IMG/VR virus record: IMGVR_UViG_3300033153_005812
Location: 11,915-75,914 of that record
Source: a virus
Reading direction: 5' to 3' (one strand)
Length of the DNA stretch: 64,000 bases
Position numbers and translations under genes: made by a program. Positions 46,867-55,113 of the stretch are shown here, in pieces (positions within the stretch are counted from its first letter, which is position 1; every line of letters starts with the position of its first letter). Under the pieces are notes generated by a model. The model was not told where the DNA came from and ran no database searches. It worked only from the letters and a program-made list of their open reading frames with translations.

Positions 46867-47391
46867 ATGGCTACTACGTTTATAGTTGAAGACGGTTCTG
46901 GCAAAGGCGATGCTAATGCTTTTCTTTCAGTTGTAGAAGCAGATCAAATTATGGAGAATTACGGAGCTTCTGCGGATTGGAGTGCGGCAGATAACACCGT
47001 GAAAGAAAATGGAATAAGAGAAGCAACACGATTTATGAATATGCAGTATGTTTGGAAAGGATGGCGAGTTTATACAACACAATCTCTTCAGTGGCCAAGA
47101 TCAGAATGTTATGATGATGAAGATAATATAGTTAATTCTGAAATCGTACCTGAAAGAGTAAAAGAAGCTTGTGCATATCTTGCTTTGAAAGTCGTAGAAG
47201 GTCGGACGTTGCTCGAAGATCTTGAGAATGCTGCGACAGTGAAAAGAACAAAAGATGTGATCGGCCCTTTAACAGAGGAGATAGAGTATGTAAAAGGTGA
47301 AGAGGCTGGCGTGAATTGGCAAGTCGCTGATAAGTTAGTGATGCCATATATAGAGAAGAAATCTTTCTTGTCTAATTTGTATAGGGTGTGA
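46867..47391 (+). CDS. head-tail adaptor (DnaT-like family)
   Basis: FIVEDGSG...ANAF.SV.EAD, WKG.R....Q.LQWPR and VP..VKEACAYLA. Confidence 0.75.
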   Translation: MATTFIVEDGSGKGDANAFLSVVEADQIMENYGASADWSAADNTVKENGIREATRFMNMQYVWKGWRVYTTQSLQWPRSECYDDEDNIVNSEIVPERVKEACAYLALKVVEGRTLLEDLENAATVKRTKDVIGPLTEEIEYVKGEEAGVNWQVADKLVMPYIEKKSFLSNLYRV

Positions 47392-47392
47392 A

Positions 47393-47581
47393 ATGAATCA
47401 AGAAAAACGTTCTACTCGAGATATTGTGATTTCTGTTGAACAACAGATCGATGATCTTAAAGAGCAGTTCAATAATCACCTAACACACCATTGGGGGATA
47501 ACTGTGATCGCTCTTTCAGCGGGCTTCATAGGTTCAGTAAATCTACTCGTTGGTTTGATATTGATTTTCATGAGTAAATGA
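47393..47581 (+). CDS. small coiled-coil protein with C-terminal TM helix (holin-like)
   Basis: NNHLTH followed by a hydrophobic segment. Confidence 0.4.
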   Translation: MNQEKRSTRDIVISVEQQIDDLKEQFNNHLTHHWGITVIALSAGFIGSVNLLVGLILIFMSK

Positions 47582-47582
47582 A

Positions 47583-47945
47583 ATGGCTTTGACCGTAGAA
47601 AAATTGAATGCTCTTCTGCAAAGAAAAGGTTTAGACGCAATAGTGAGAGTCTATCCTGATGCGACGTTTGATCCTACTACAAATAGAACAACGCCGGGGG
47701 ACGTAGTCGAATACGATGTAAAAATAATCCCTCCATATAAGAATCTTGAAGGATATAAGAAGACTGAACTTGTAACAGCAGGAAAAGGATGGACAGGGAT
47801 TGCAAATAAGGACTTAGAATTCACAGTGAAAGCTGGTCTCATACTGGTTATAAGTGAGAAGATATGGACAGTAACGAGTACACAACCGTTGTCTAATAAG
47901 ACGGGAGTCTTGTTCTATCTGATGCAAATTGAGAGTGGTGATTAG
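47583..47945 (+). CDS. head closure protein
   Basis: Size and position; FDPTT motif and beta-rich C-terminus. Confidence 0.6.
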   Translation: MALTVEKLNALLQRKGLDAIVRVYPDATFDPTTNRTTPGDVVEYDVKIIPPYKNLEGYKKTELVTAGKGWTGIANKDLEFTVKAGLILVISEKIWTVTSTQPLSNKTGVLFYLMQIESGD

Positions 47946-48340
47946 TGGCTTCAACTAATGTTCAACAATTCAATACAGCTTTGACAGCCGCATCTAAGAA
48001 AATTGGTGGGGATATTCAAAAGTTTATAAAGCAAGTTTGTATTGAGATATTCAAACGATTTATAATGCGAACTCCTGTTGATACAGGACGGGCGAGAGGT
48101 AATTGGCAAGTTGAAATAAATCGTCCAGCTTCAGGAACGGTTGAAGAAAGTATGTGGGATCAAGTTTTCGAAAGAGGAGCTGCGAAGCTCGCACAACTCC
48201 CTCCATTTAGTATCGTTCATATTACAAATAATGTTGAATATGTTTATTATCTGGAATATGTGCGTCCGAGTCAACAACATCCAGAAGGAATGGTTGAGAT
48301 TACATTACAAGAAATGAAAACGTGGTTATCAAAAATATAA
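47945..48340 (+). CDS. HK97 gp10-like neck/tail-completion protein
   Basis: TPVDTGRARGNW, NNVEY...LEY and P.GMV. Confidence 0.8.
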   Translation: MASTNVQQFNTALTAASKKIGGDIQKFIKQVCIEIFKRFIMRTPVDTGRARGNWQVEINRPASGTVEESMWDQVFERGAAKLAQLPPFSIVHITNNVEYVYYLEYVRPSQQHPEGMVEITLQEMKTWLSKI

Positions 48341-48802
48341 ATGGGACTATTAGCTGGAAATTCTGTTATACAATCTACAGTGACGGGTTTATGCACTATT
48401 CACGACACCCGTGGATTCGCAGGTATAACTAATAGTATCACAGCTTTTTTCCACAACTTTGCAGAAGAGAATAATTTTGTAGTTCGTTATGATAATGATC
48501 CACGAGAAACTCCTGTGAGCGGAGTTTGGATGAATGTAAGTGTCGGTTTCGGGTCTTCTTATCAGGTGGAAATCGGAGTTCCGACTTTTCGTAATATTGG
48601 TATTTTCAATGTAAGGATTAAAGTTGCTATAGGTGGAGGTTTAGCGGGTATTTTGAATATCGCTGATGAGATAGCTGAGAAATTTAAGACAGTGATTATC
48701 GACGAGATTATCAGCTTTCAAACTCCTCGTATTGAGATTGTAGGTAGAGTTGAAGATAATTATCAAGTGAATGTAATTTGTCCATTTCAAGTAGATAATT
48801 AA
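48341..48802 (+). CDS. tail terminator-like protein
   Basis: YDN, W...SV, G.G......ADEI...F and YQVNV.CPF; position. Confidence 0.65.
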   Translation: MGLLAGNSVIQSTVTGLCTIHDTRGFAGITNSITAFFHNFAEENNFVVRYDNDPRETPVSGVWMNVSVGFGSSYQVEIGVPTFRNIGIFNVRIKVAIGGGLAGILNIADEIAEKFKTVIIDEIISFQTPRIEIVGRVEDNYQVNVICPFQVDN

Positions 48803-48813
48803 GGGATGTAAAA

Positions 48814-49146
48814 ATGGGTCAATTAGCTGAGATATACAATGCTGTGAAAGATTTATTCAGTTCTTCGAGTTTGATTCAGCAGAGCACAGCAGGTGGGACG
48901 CAGAAATTAACGGTAACGACCAACGCGGCTGTAGGATCAGATCAAGCCTGTAGAAGTTGTTTGATTCATTGTCCAACGGGGAATCTTGGAGACATCCATT
49001 TAACTATTGCGAATGAAGCCGCGGATGTTAATGATTTTCTAATTACTAAGGGAATACCGATGCCGGTTCCTGTAGATAATCTTAGCGATTTGCATTTCTA
49101 CGGTGCAAATAACGGTGATCTAATTTACGTCCTCTGGAGAAACTAA
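48814..49146 (+). CDS. small beta-rich virion protein
   Basis: 110 aa, VPVDNLS.L motif; coupled to the next gene. Confidence 0.5.
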   Translation: MGQLAEIYNAVKDLFSSSSLIQQSTAGGTQKLTVTTNAAVGSDQACRSCLIHCPTGNLGDIHLTIANEAADVNDFLITKGIPMPVPVDNLSDLHFYGANNGDLIYVLWRN

Positions 49147-52100
49147 TGGCTGACGTGAAATTATATGGTGGGACAATTGGAGCGGGGAGATTATTCGAGT
49201 GGAATAATGTAGACACTTGGATAAGCGTAGCTCTACAATTAAATGAACAAGTTCAAATTTACTCTTTAGCAGTTTTTAATGATAAATTATATGGGGGGAC
49301 TGCTTTTGGAGGAAGATTATTTGAATGGAATGGAGTCGATGCTTGGATTCAAAAAGCTCCGCAATTAAATGATCAAACTACAATTCGTTCTTTGAAAGTT
49401 TTTAATAATAAATTATACGGTGCGACATCTCCTGAAGGAAGATTATTCGAATGGAATGGAGTCGATGCCTGGATTCAAAAAGCTCCAGAATTAGAAGATC
49501 AAGGTACAATTTACTCTTTAATAGTTTTTGATGGCAAATTATATGGTGGAACAGGTGCAGGAGGAAGATTATTTGAATGGAATGGAGTCGATGCCTGGAT
49601 TCAAAAAGCTTCAAAATTAGAAGATCAAGGTGCAATTTTCTCTTTAATAGTTTTTGATGGTAAATTATACGGCGGAACAGGTGCAGGAGGAAGATTATTT
49701 GAATGGAATGGAGTCGATGCCTGGATTCAAAAAGCTCCACAATTAAATGGTCAGGCTGTAATTTACTCTTTAATAATTTTCAATAGTAAATTATACGGCG
49801 GAACAGGTGCAGGAGGAAGATTATTTGAATGGAATGGAGTCGATGCCTGGATTCAAAAAGCTCCACAATTAGAAGATCAAGGTGATATTCGTTCTTTAAT
49901 GGGTTTTAATAATAAATTATATGGAGGGACTCATAATGAAGGGTTGTTGTTTGAGTGGAATGGAATTGATGCTTGGGTTCAAAAAGCTTCGCAATTGAGT
50001 GGAGAGACTTCAATTCGTTCTCTAATAAGTTTTGAAGTAGGAATTAAGAGTTTGAGCAGTTTTCTTGTTGCACAGTCTGTCACTTCTGCACATTTTACGA
50101 GATATGATACACAGTTAATTGGTTCTCTCGCCGTACAGTCTGATACCCCAGATGCAATTCTCCAAGAGTGGAACTTTCTTGCAGGAACGATAGTTGTACA
50201 ATCCACTGTTCCGAATGTCGCAATAAAATCCACACAGTTTGTAAACGGTTATATCTCTTTTCAGTCGGGAGTAACTGGGACACTTAACGAATGGAACGAT
50301 ATTGTTGGGACTGTATCTGCTTTATCTACGGTTGATGCGGATCTTAAAGGTACGCAGGAAATTGTGGGAACCATCGCTGCGACAGCCGGAGCCGATGCAA
50401 CTCTTCAACAATGGAATTATATCGCCGGTTCTCTCACTGGACAATCTAATGTCCCTACTACAACACTTCTAAGATATGATACTCAATTAGTAAGTGGAGT
50501 GGAAGCTGTATCTGGAGTTTCCGGTGTTCTTGGTATTCTTCAAGAATGGAACGATTTCGCAGGGATTATAGACGGCCAGAGCGGAACTTCCGCGGTCTTA
50601 AAATCAACGCAGGCTTTGAGCGGGTTTATTTCTGTTCAATCAGGGTCTGATGCGGCTCTTCAACAATGGAATTATATTGCAGGGACAATAGATGTTCAAT
50701 CTGATGTTCCTAACACGACGCTTTTGAGATATGATACGCAGTTAGTTGGCTCTTCCGTTGTGATGGTTGGAGCTGACGCACATCTTACAAGATATGATAC
50801 GCAGTTAGCTGGAGCTCTTGCAGTGATAGCTGGAGCTGATGCAGAGATTACTTTCCGAGAATGGAATTATTTTGTAGGGACTATATCTGCGTTATCTACG
50901 GTTGACGCAAATCTTAAAGGTACACAGTTTATAATTGGTTATATGTCCATTCAATCAACAGCGGATGGTGAACTTTATGAGGAAACTGAATTTGCGGGAA
51001 CTATTGCTGGTCAGTCTAATGTTCCTGATACAACACTTCTAAGATACGATACGCAGTTGGTCGGTTCTCTCACTGTACAGAGTGAAGCAGATGCGACTCT
51101 TCGTGACTGGAATGATATTGTAGGCTTTGTCGCTGGACAATCTAATGTTTTAGATACAAAATTAACAAGGTATGCTACAAAATTACACGGTAATATATCT
51201 ATTCAAGGCGGGGATGAAGGTGCATTACATTCGACACAACTTATAGCTGCGAATGTAGCTGTTCAATCAACCACATCTGTATATCTAACAAGATACGATA
51301 CACAGTTGATTGGATCTGCGATTATTCAAAGTGGAGTCGATGGTTTATTGCGGGCGATAGTGTATCTGAGAGGGAATATAAGTATTCAATCTACGACGAC
51401 AGGCACACTTAATGAATGGAACGATATAGTTGGCTCTCTTGCTGGCCAATCTACAGTGTCGGCACAGTTTACAAGATACGAGACTCGGTTAATCGTTGGG
51501 GTTACAGAGGCACAATCTACAACTTCTGCGGATCTTAAAGGATTACAGAAAATAGTTGGTTTATCTGAAGGGCAGAGCGGAGTCGACGCAGCTTTACAAG
51601 AATGGGATTACATCGCTGGTTCTTTGGTAGGACAATCTGTTGTTTCAAATGCAGAATTAACAAGGTATGATACGCAGTTTGTTGGTAGTCTTGCTGCACA
51701 ATCTACGGTAGATGCAACTCTCCGCGAATGGAATGACATCGTTGGCTCCTCCGCGGGGCAGTCCACTGTCTCTGCACATCTCATAAGACATGATACGCAG
51801 TTAGTCGGTAGTTTTGCTGTACAGAGCGGAGCCGGTGCGGATCTTAAAGTGGCTTCGAGAATAGTTGGGACTATTACTGTACAATCAGGAGCAGATGCAA
51901 CTCTCTATGAATACAACTATCTTGCAGGAATTATATCTGCTCAATCTAATACTCCGGATACAATACTTTTAAGATACGATACACAGTTGGTTGGGAGTTT
52001 TGCTGCAATAGATGGGACTGATGTTCATCTTACAAGACACGATACGCAGTTAATGAGTGATGTTGGTGCTGTGTCTGGTCTTGCTGGTCATCTTGCTGTT

Positions 52101-52235
52101 CTTGGGGAATGGAATTTCCTTATTGGGATCGCAGCTATGCAATCATCTATGGTTGGATTACTGAGAAAATATAAATTGTATGAAGGACCATCTATATTGT
52201 GGGATCCATTTAATGGCGGTAGTTGGTCTTGGTAA
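49146..52235 (+). CDS. fibre/adhesin-like protein: 7-repeat beta-propeller + EWN/RYDTQL repeat stalk
   Basis: Seven 42-aa (126-bp) GRLFEWNGVDAWIQKA repeats followed by about 35 degenerate 20-22-aa repeats. Confidence 0.7.
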   Translation: MADVKLYGGTIGAGRLFEWNNVDTWISVALQLNEQVQIYSLAVFNDKLYGGTAFGGRLFEWNGVDAWIQKAPQLNDQTTIRSLKVFNNKLYGATSPEGRLFEWNGVDAWIQKAPELEDQGTIYSLIVFDGKLYGGTGAGGRLFEWNGVDAWIQKASKLEDQGAIFSLIVFDGKLYGGTGAGGRLFEWNGVDAWIQKAPQLNGQAVIYSLIIFNSKLYGGTGAGGRLFEWNGVDAWIQKAPQLEDQGDIRSLMGFNNKLYGGTHNEGLLFEWNGIDAWVQKASQLSGETSIRSLISFEVGIKSLSSFLVAQSVTSAHFTRYDTQLIGSLAVQSDTPDAILQEWNFLAGTIVVQSTVPNVAIKSTQFVNGYISFQSGVTGTLNEWNDIVGTVSALSTVDADLKGTQEIVGTIAATAGADATLQQWNYIAGSLTGQSNVPTTTLLRYDTQLVSGVEAVSGVSGVLGILQEWNDFAGIIDGQSGTSAVLKSTQALSGFISVQSGSDAALQQWNYIAGTIDVQSDVPNTTLLRYDTQLVGSSVVMVGADAHLTRYDTQLAGALAVIAGADAEITFREWNYFVGTISALSTVDANLKGTQFIIGYMSIQSTADGELYEETEFAGTIAGQSNVPDTTLLRYDTQLVGSLTVQSEADATLRDWNDIVGFVAGQSNVLDTKLTRYATKLHGNISIQGGDEGALHSTQLIAANVAVQSTTSVYLTRYDTQLIGSAIIQSGVDGLLRAIVYLRGNISIQSTTTGTLNEWNDIVGSLAGQSTVSAQFTRYETRLIVGVTEAQSTTSADLKGLQKIVGLSEGQSGVDAALQEWDYIAGSLVGQSVVSNAELTRYDTQFVGSLAAQSTVDATLREWNDIVGSSAGQSTVSAHLIRHDTQLVGSFAVQSGAGADLKVASRIVGTITVQSGADATLYEYNYLAGIISAQSNTPDTILLRYDTQLVGSFAAIDGTDVHLTRHDTQLMSDVGAVSGLAGHLAVLGEWNFLIGIAAMQSSMVGLLRKYKLYEGPSILWDPFNGGSWSW

Positions 52236-52271
52236 TGAAATAAAAATGAACCTAATTTGAAAGGTGGGATT

Positions 52272-54263
52272 ATGAGTGATGCGAATCGCGTTCAATTAGC
52301 ATACAGGAAGGAAGCCACATTCGGTGTTGCAGGCGAACGAATTTGTTCTGCTCCGATTGATCCTGGGGATAATAATACCGGAGTAGGGACTGTGTCTTTG
52401 CCGACAGCGGTAACTACGGCTCCTAAAGAAACCTGGACTTTACTTTGCACAGCCGTTCCAACTGTTTTCTCTGTTACAGGTAGTGTGAGTGGAGCAAAAG
52501 AAGATGCGACTGTCGGGACTCCTTATGATAACGATATTGTCGCCTTTACTATCACACAAGGGGATCCTGCGTTTGTGCAAGGTGATAATTTTACATTCAC
52601 TGTTGAAGGGGACTTCCAAGTTCTAAGACTTACAGGTGAATCGTTGAAGCAAGATACGACGACAGTTACCAGTGAGGAGATTCGTTCAGACCGGCAAATT
52701 GCAGATATCATTCGTACAGGTGTCGGAGCCAGTGGAGGTATCGATTTTGAACTCAGCTACGGGACCTTCGATGATTTTCTTCAAGCGGTTTTGTTCTCGA
52801 GTGGTTGGTCAACGGAAGTGAATCTTCCTGCTGCTCCCTCTGCTCTATCTGATCCAGATCCTGCGAATACTGGTCAAGGGACTATGACTGAGATTATCGT
52901 AGACAACGATGCTCCTGTAGAAACGTGGACAGTGACTTGTACTTCTACCGAAGGTCCTCCAGCAGTTTTCTCAGTTGTAGGTTCTGTGAGCGGAGCGAAA
53001 GCTAATGCAACTGCAGAAGTTGCTTATGACAATGGTCTCGTTGCTTTTGTCATAAATGCGTCTGGAGAAGCTTTTGTAGAGGGTGATAATTTTGAATTCG
53101 GCGTTACAAGAGGTAATACGATTAGTGCTTTGGCTGATGATAATTCTTTTAATGAATTATTGACTCCGGTATTGATAGTGAACGCAGGGAATGGAGAAGC
53201 CGGGGATATCACCGCTATCGAATCTCCAGGTGCGACTCCTCCTGCCTCTGTTCCATCAGAAACTTGGACAGTAATATGCACAGTAAAAGATACAACTTTT
53301 TCTGTTGTGGGGAGTGTAACTGGGATAGTTACTGGAAAAGAGACTGCAACTCAAGGTGTCGCTTACGACAATGGTTATATCGCATTTACTATTGGTGGTG
53401 AAGCTGATGACTGGGAAGTTGGGGATGAATTTGTTATCACCAATAATTTCAGTGGTTTAGCAGCGAATCAATGGATTCGAGTCGCCGGATTTTCAGACGA
53501 GTATGTAGCGAATAACGGATGGTTTAAGATTATATCTAAGACTTCATTGCAAGTTGTTGTTTCACACGGAGCTTTAGTAACTGCAAGTGCAGGTACAGAT
53601 ATTACTATGCAGATGGGAGCACAGATTGTAAATGGCGAGATCGCTGTCCCCAGTTGGAATATTGAAAGAGAGTATAAAGATCTAAATAATGTCTTTTCTC
53701 TTTTTACAGGGATGTGTCTTAGTGAAATGAGTCTTACTATTCCAGCTGATGGTCGTATTACCGGAAGTTTTACTACGTTAGGAGCAAGAGAAGTGTCTAA
53801 TGACGCGTCTGTTGGAACTGGTAAGACCGCCGCAGGAACTACGAGTATCATGACAGGAGCGAATCATGTCGATGATGTTTTTGAAGACGGATTGGAATCT
53901 GGTATTCTAAGTTTCGCTTTGTCAATTAACAACAATCTACGAACACGACTCCAAGTAGGGACACTCGGTGCTGTCAGTGTAGGATCTGGAACTATCGCAA
54001 TTTCCGGTTCCTTAGAACTTTATCTTTCGAATAAGACGCTCTTTGATAAATACCTGAATCAAGACGCTTCTTCGTTATCTATTGGTGTGACAGATGGTGC
54101 TGGGAACGGATATATAATTGATATCCCTCAGTTAAAAATTACCGATGGCTCAAGACCGGCTGGAGGTCTGAATACTGATGTTGTAGGAGCTTTTGATTGG
54201 CAAGCATACATGGATCCCGATGAGGCGATTAGTATTCGTATAGCTCGATTTCCAGTGATTTAA
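52272..54263 (+). CDS. major tail tube protein with three inserted beta modules
   Basis: SDANRVQLAY, LRLTGESL, SEEIRSDRQ, GGIDFELSYG and INNNLR core; precedes the chaperone and tape measure genes. Confidence 0.8.
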   Translation: MSDANRVQLAYRKEATFGVAGERICSAPIDPGDNNTGVGTVSLPTAVTTAPKETWTLLCTAVPTVFSVTGSVSGAKEDATVGTPYDNDIVAFTITQGDPAFVQGDNFTFTVEGDFQVLRLTGESLKQDTTTVTSEEIRSDRQIADIIRTGVGASGGIDFELSYGTFDDFLQAVLFSSGWSTEVNLPAAPSALSDPDPANTGQGTMTEIIVDNDAPVETWTVTCTSTEGPPAVFSVVGSVSGAKANATAEVAYDNGLVAFVINASGEAFVEGDNFEFGVTRGNTISALADDNSFNELLTPVLIVNAGNGEAGDITAIESPGATPPASVPSETWTVICTVKDTTFSVVGSVTGIVTGKETATQGVAYDNGYIAFTIGGEADDWEVGDEFVITNNFSGLAANQWIRVAGFSDEYVANNGWFKIISKTSLQVVVSHGALVTASAGTDITMQMGAQIVNGEIAVPSWNIEREYKDLNNVFSLFTGMCLSEMSLTIPADGRITGSFTTLGAREVSNDASVGTGKTAAGTTSIMTGANHVDDVFEDGLESGILSFALSINNNLRTRLQVGTLGAVSVGSGTIAISGSLELYLSNKTLFDKYLNQDASSLSIGVTDGAGNGYIIDIPQLKITDGSRPAGGLNTDVVGAFDWQAYMDPDEAISIRIARFPVI

Positions 54264-54290
54264 GATATAAGAGCTAAATAGTTTTGATTT

Positions 54291-54360
54291 AGCCTATAAC
54301 ACCGACTCGCTCCCGCAGAGGCTCTGAGCGATCGCTGGGGAAGCCGATATCAGGCTGTAA
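54291..54360 (+). repeat. dispersed 70-bp intergenic element, copy D
   Basis: One mismatch versus copy A (1970-2039). Confidence 0.9.
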
Positions 54361-54412
54361 TGGCTCAATAGCAACAAAGTAGAGTAAATTAAACTTTTTA
54401 TGGAGGTTGAAC

Positions 54413-54817
54413 ATGGCAAATATAGAGAGCATTAAAACGGACTTGCAAAAAGAAACTGAAGGAGTGTGGGTTAATTTCGAGGTAGGTATTAGACTGAAAA
54501 TTGCAAGAGCAAGGAATGCTGCCTATCGCGAATCGATGAGAAAGATAATGGAACCTCATCGAAAAACTATTCGAGAAGGCGGGATGGATATTGAGGATCT
54601 TGAAGATTTGTTAAGGCAAGTTCGAGCTGAAACTATTCTGCTTGATTGGGAGAATATCGAAGATAAGAACGGGAATCCGATTACGTATTCTTCGAAGCAA
54701 GCATTAGAGTTCTTTAACGATCCTGAATTACGAGATTTCTATACTTTCGTAATTACACAATCTGAGAATATGGAGAATTTCAAAAAGGAATTGGTAGAGG
54801 ATTCGGAAAAAAACTAA
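54413..54817 (+). CDS. tail assembly chaperone (gpG-like)
   Basis: EGVWV...LKIARA.N..Y, ILLDWENI; ends at the slippery site; GGAGG RBS. Confidence 0.8.
   Translation: MANIESIKTDLQKETEGVWVNFEVGIRLKIARARNAAYRESMRKIMEPHRKTIREGGMDIEDLEDLLRQVRAETILLDWENIEDKNGNPITYSSKQALEFFNDPELRDFYTFVITQSENMENFKKELVEDSEKN
54808..54814 (+). other. programmed -1 frameshift slippery heptamer A-AAA-AAC
   Basis: Directly before TAA; the -1 frame is open (KLIEFLQWQLEWG...) and continuous with ORF 54880-55113. Confidence 0.8.
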
Positions 54818-55113
54818 TTGAATTCCTCCAATGGCAATTAGAGTGGGGTCAATATCAAAGTAAGTTAGACGCTGTTGGAGTGAAGAAAACTCCGCCTATT
54901 TTGTATGAAGATTTAATAATAGTTTGGGAAGGTTTCTCAGCTTTAAGTTCTTCAAGAGTAGGCTTACAGGCGGTACAGTTTTCAGAAATTGAAGCATGGC
55001 TAAATCTCAGTGGGATTTTTGATTTAGATTATCGTCAAGAAATCGCACATCTTATTCGTGTTTTAGATGGTGAATATTTAGACTTTCTAAGGAAACGAAA
55101 TGCCAACTCTTGA
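54814..55113 (+). CDS. tail chaperone frameshift extension (gpT-like)
   Basis: PPIL...WEGF.ALSSSR....FSEIEAW...IRVLDGEYL; no good RBS of its own. Confidence 0.75.
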   Translation, partial: LIEFLQWQLEWGQYQSKLDAVGVKKTPPILYEDLIIVWEGFSALSSSRVGLQAVQFSEIEAWLNLSGIFDLDYRQEIAHLIRVLDGEYLDFLRKRNANS

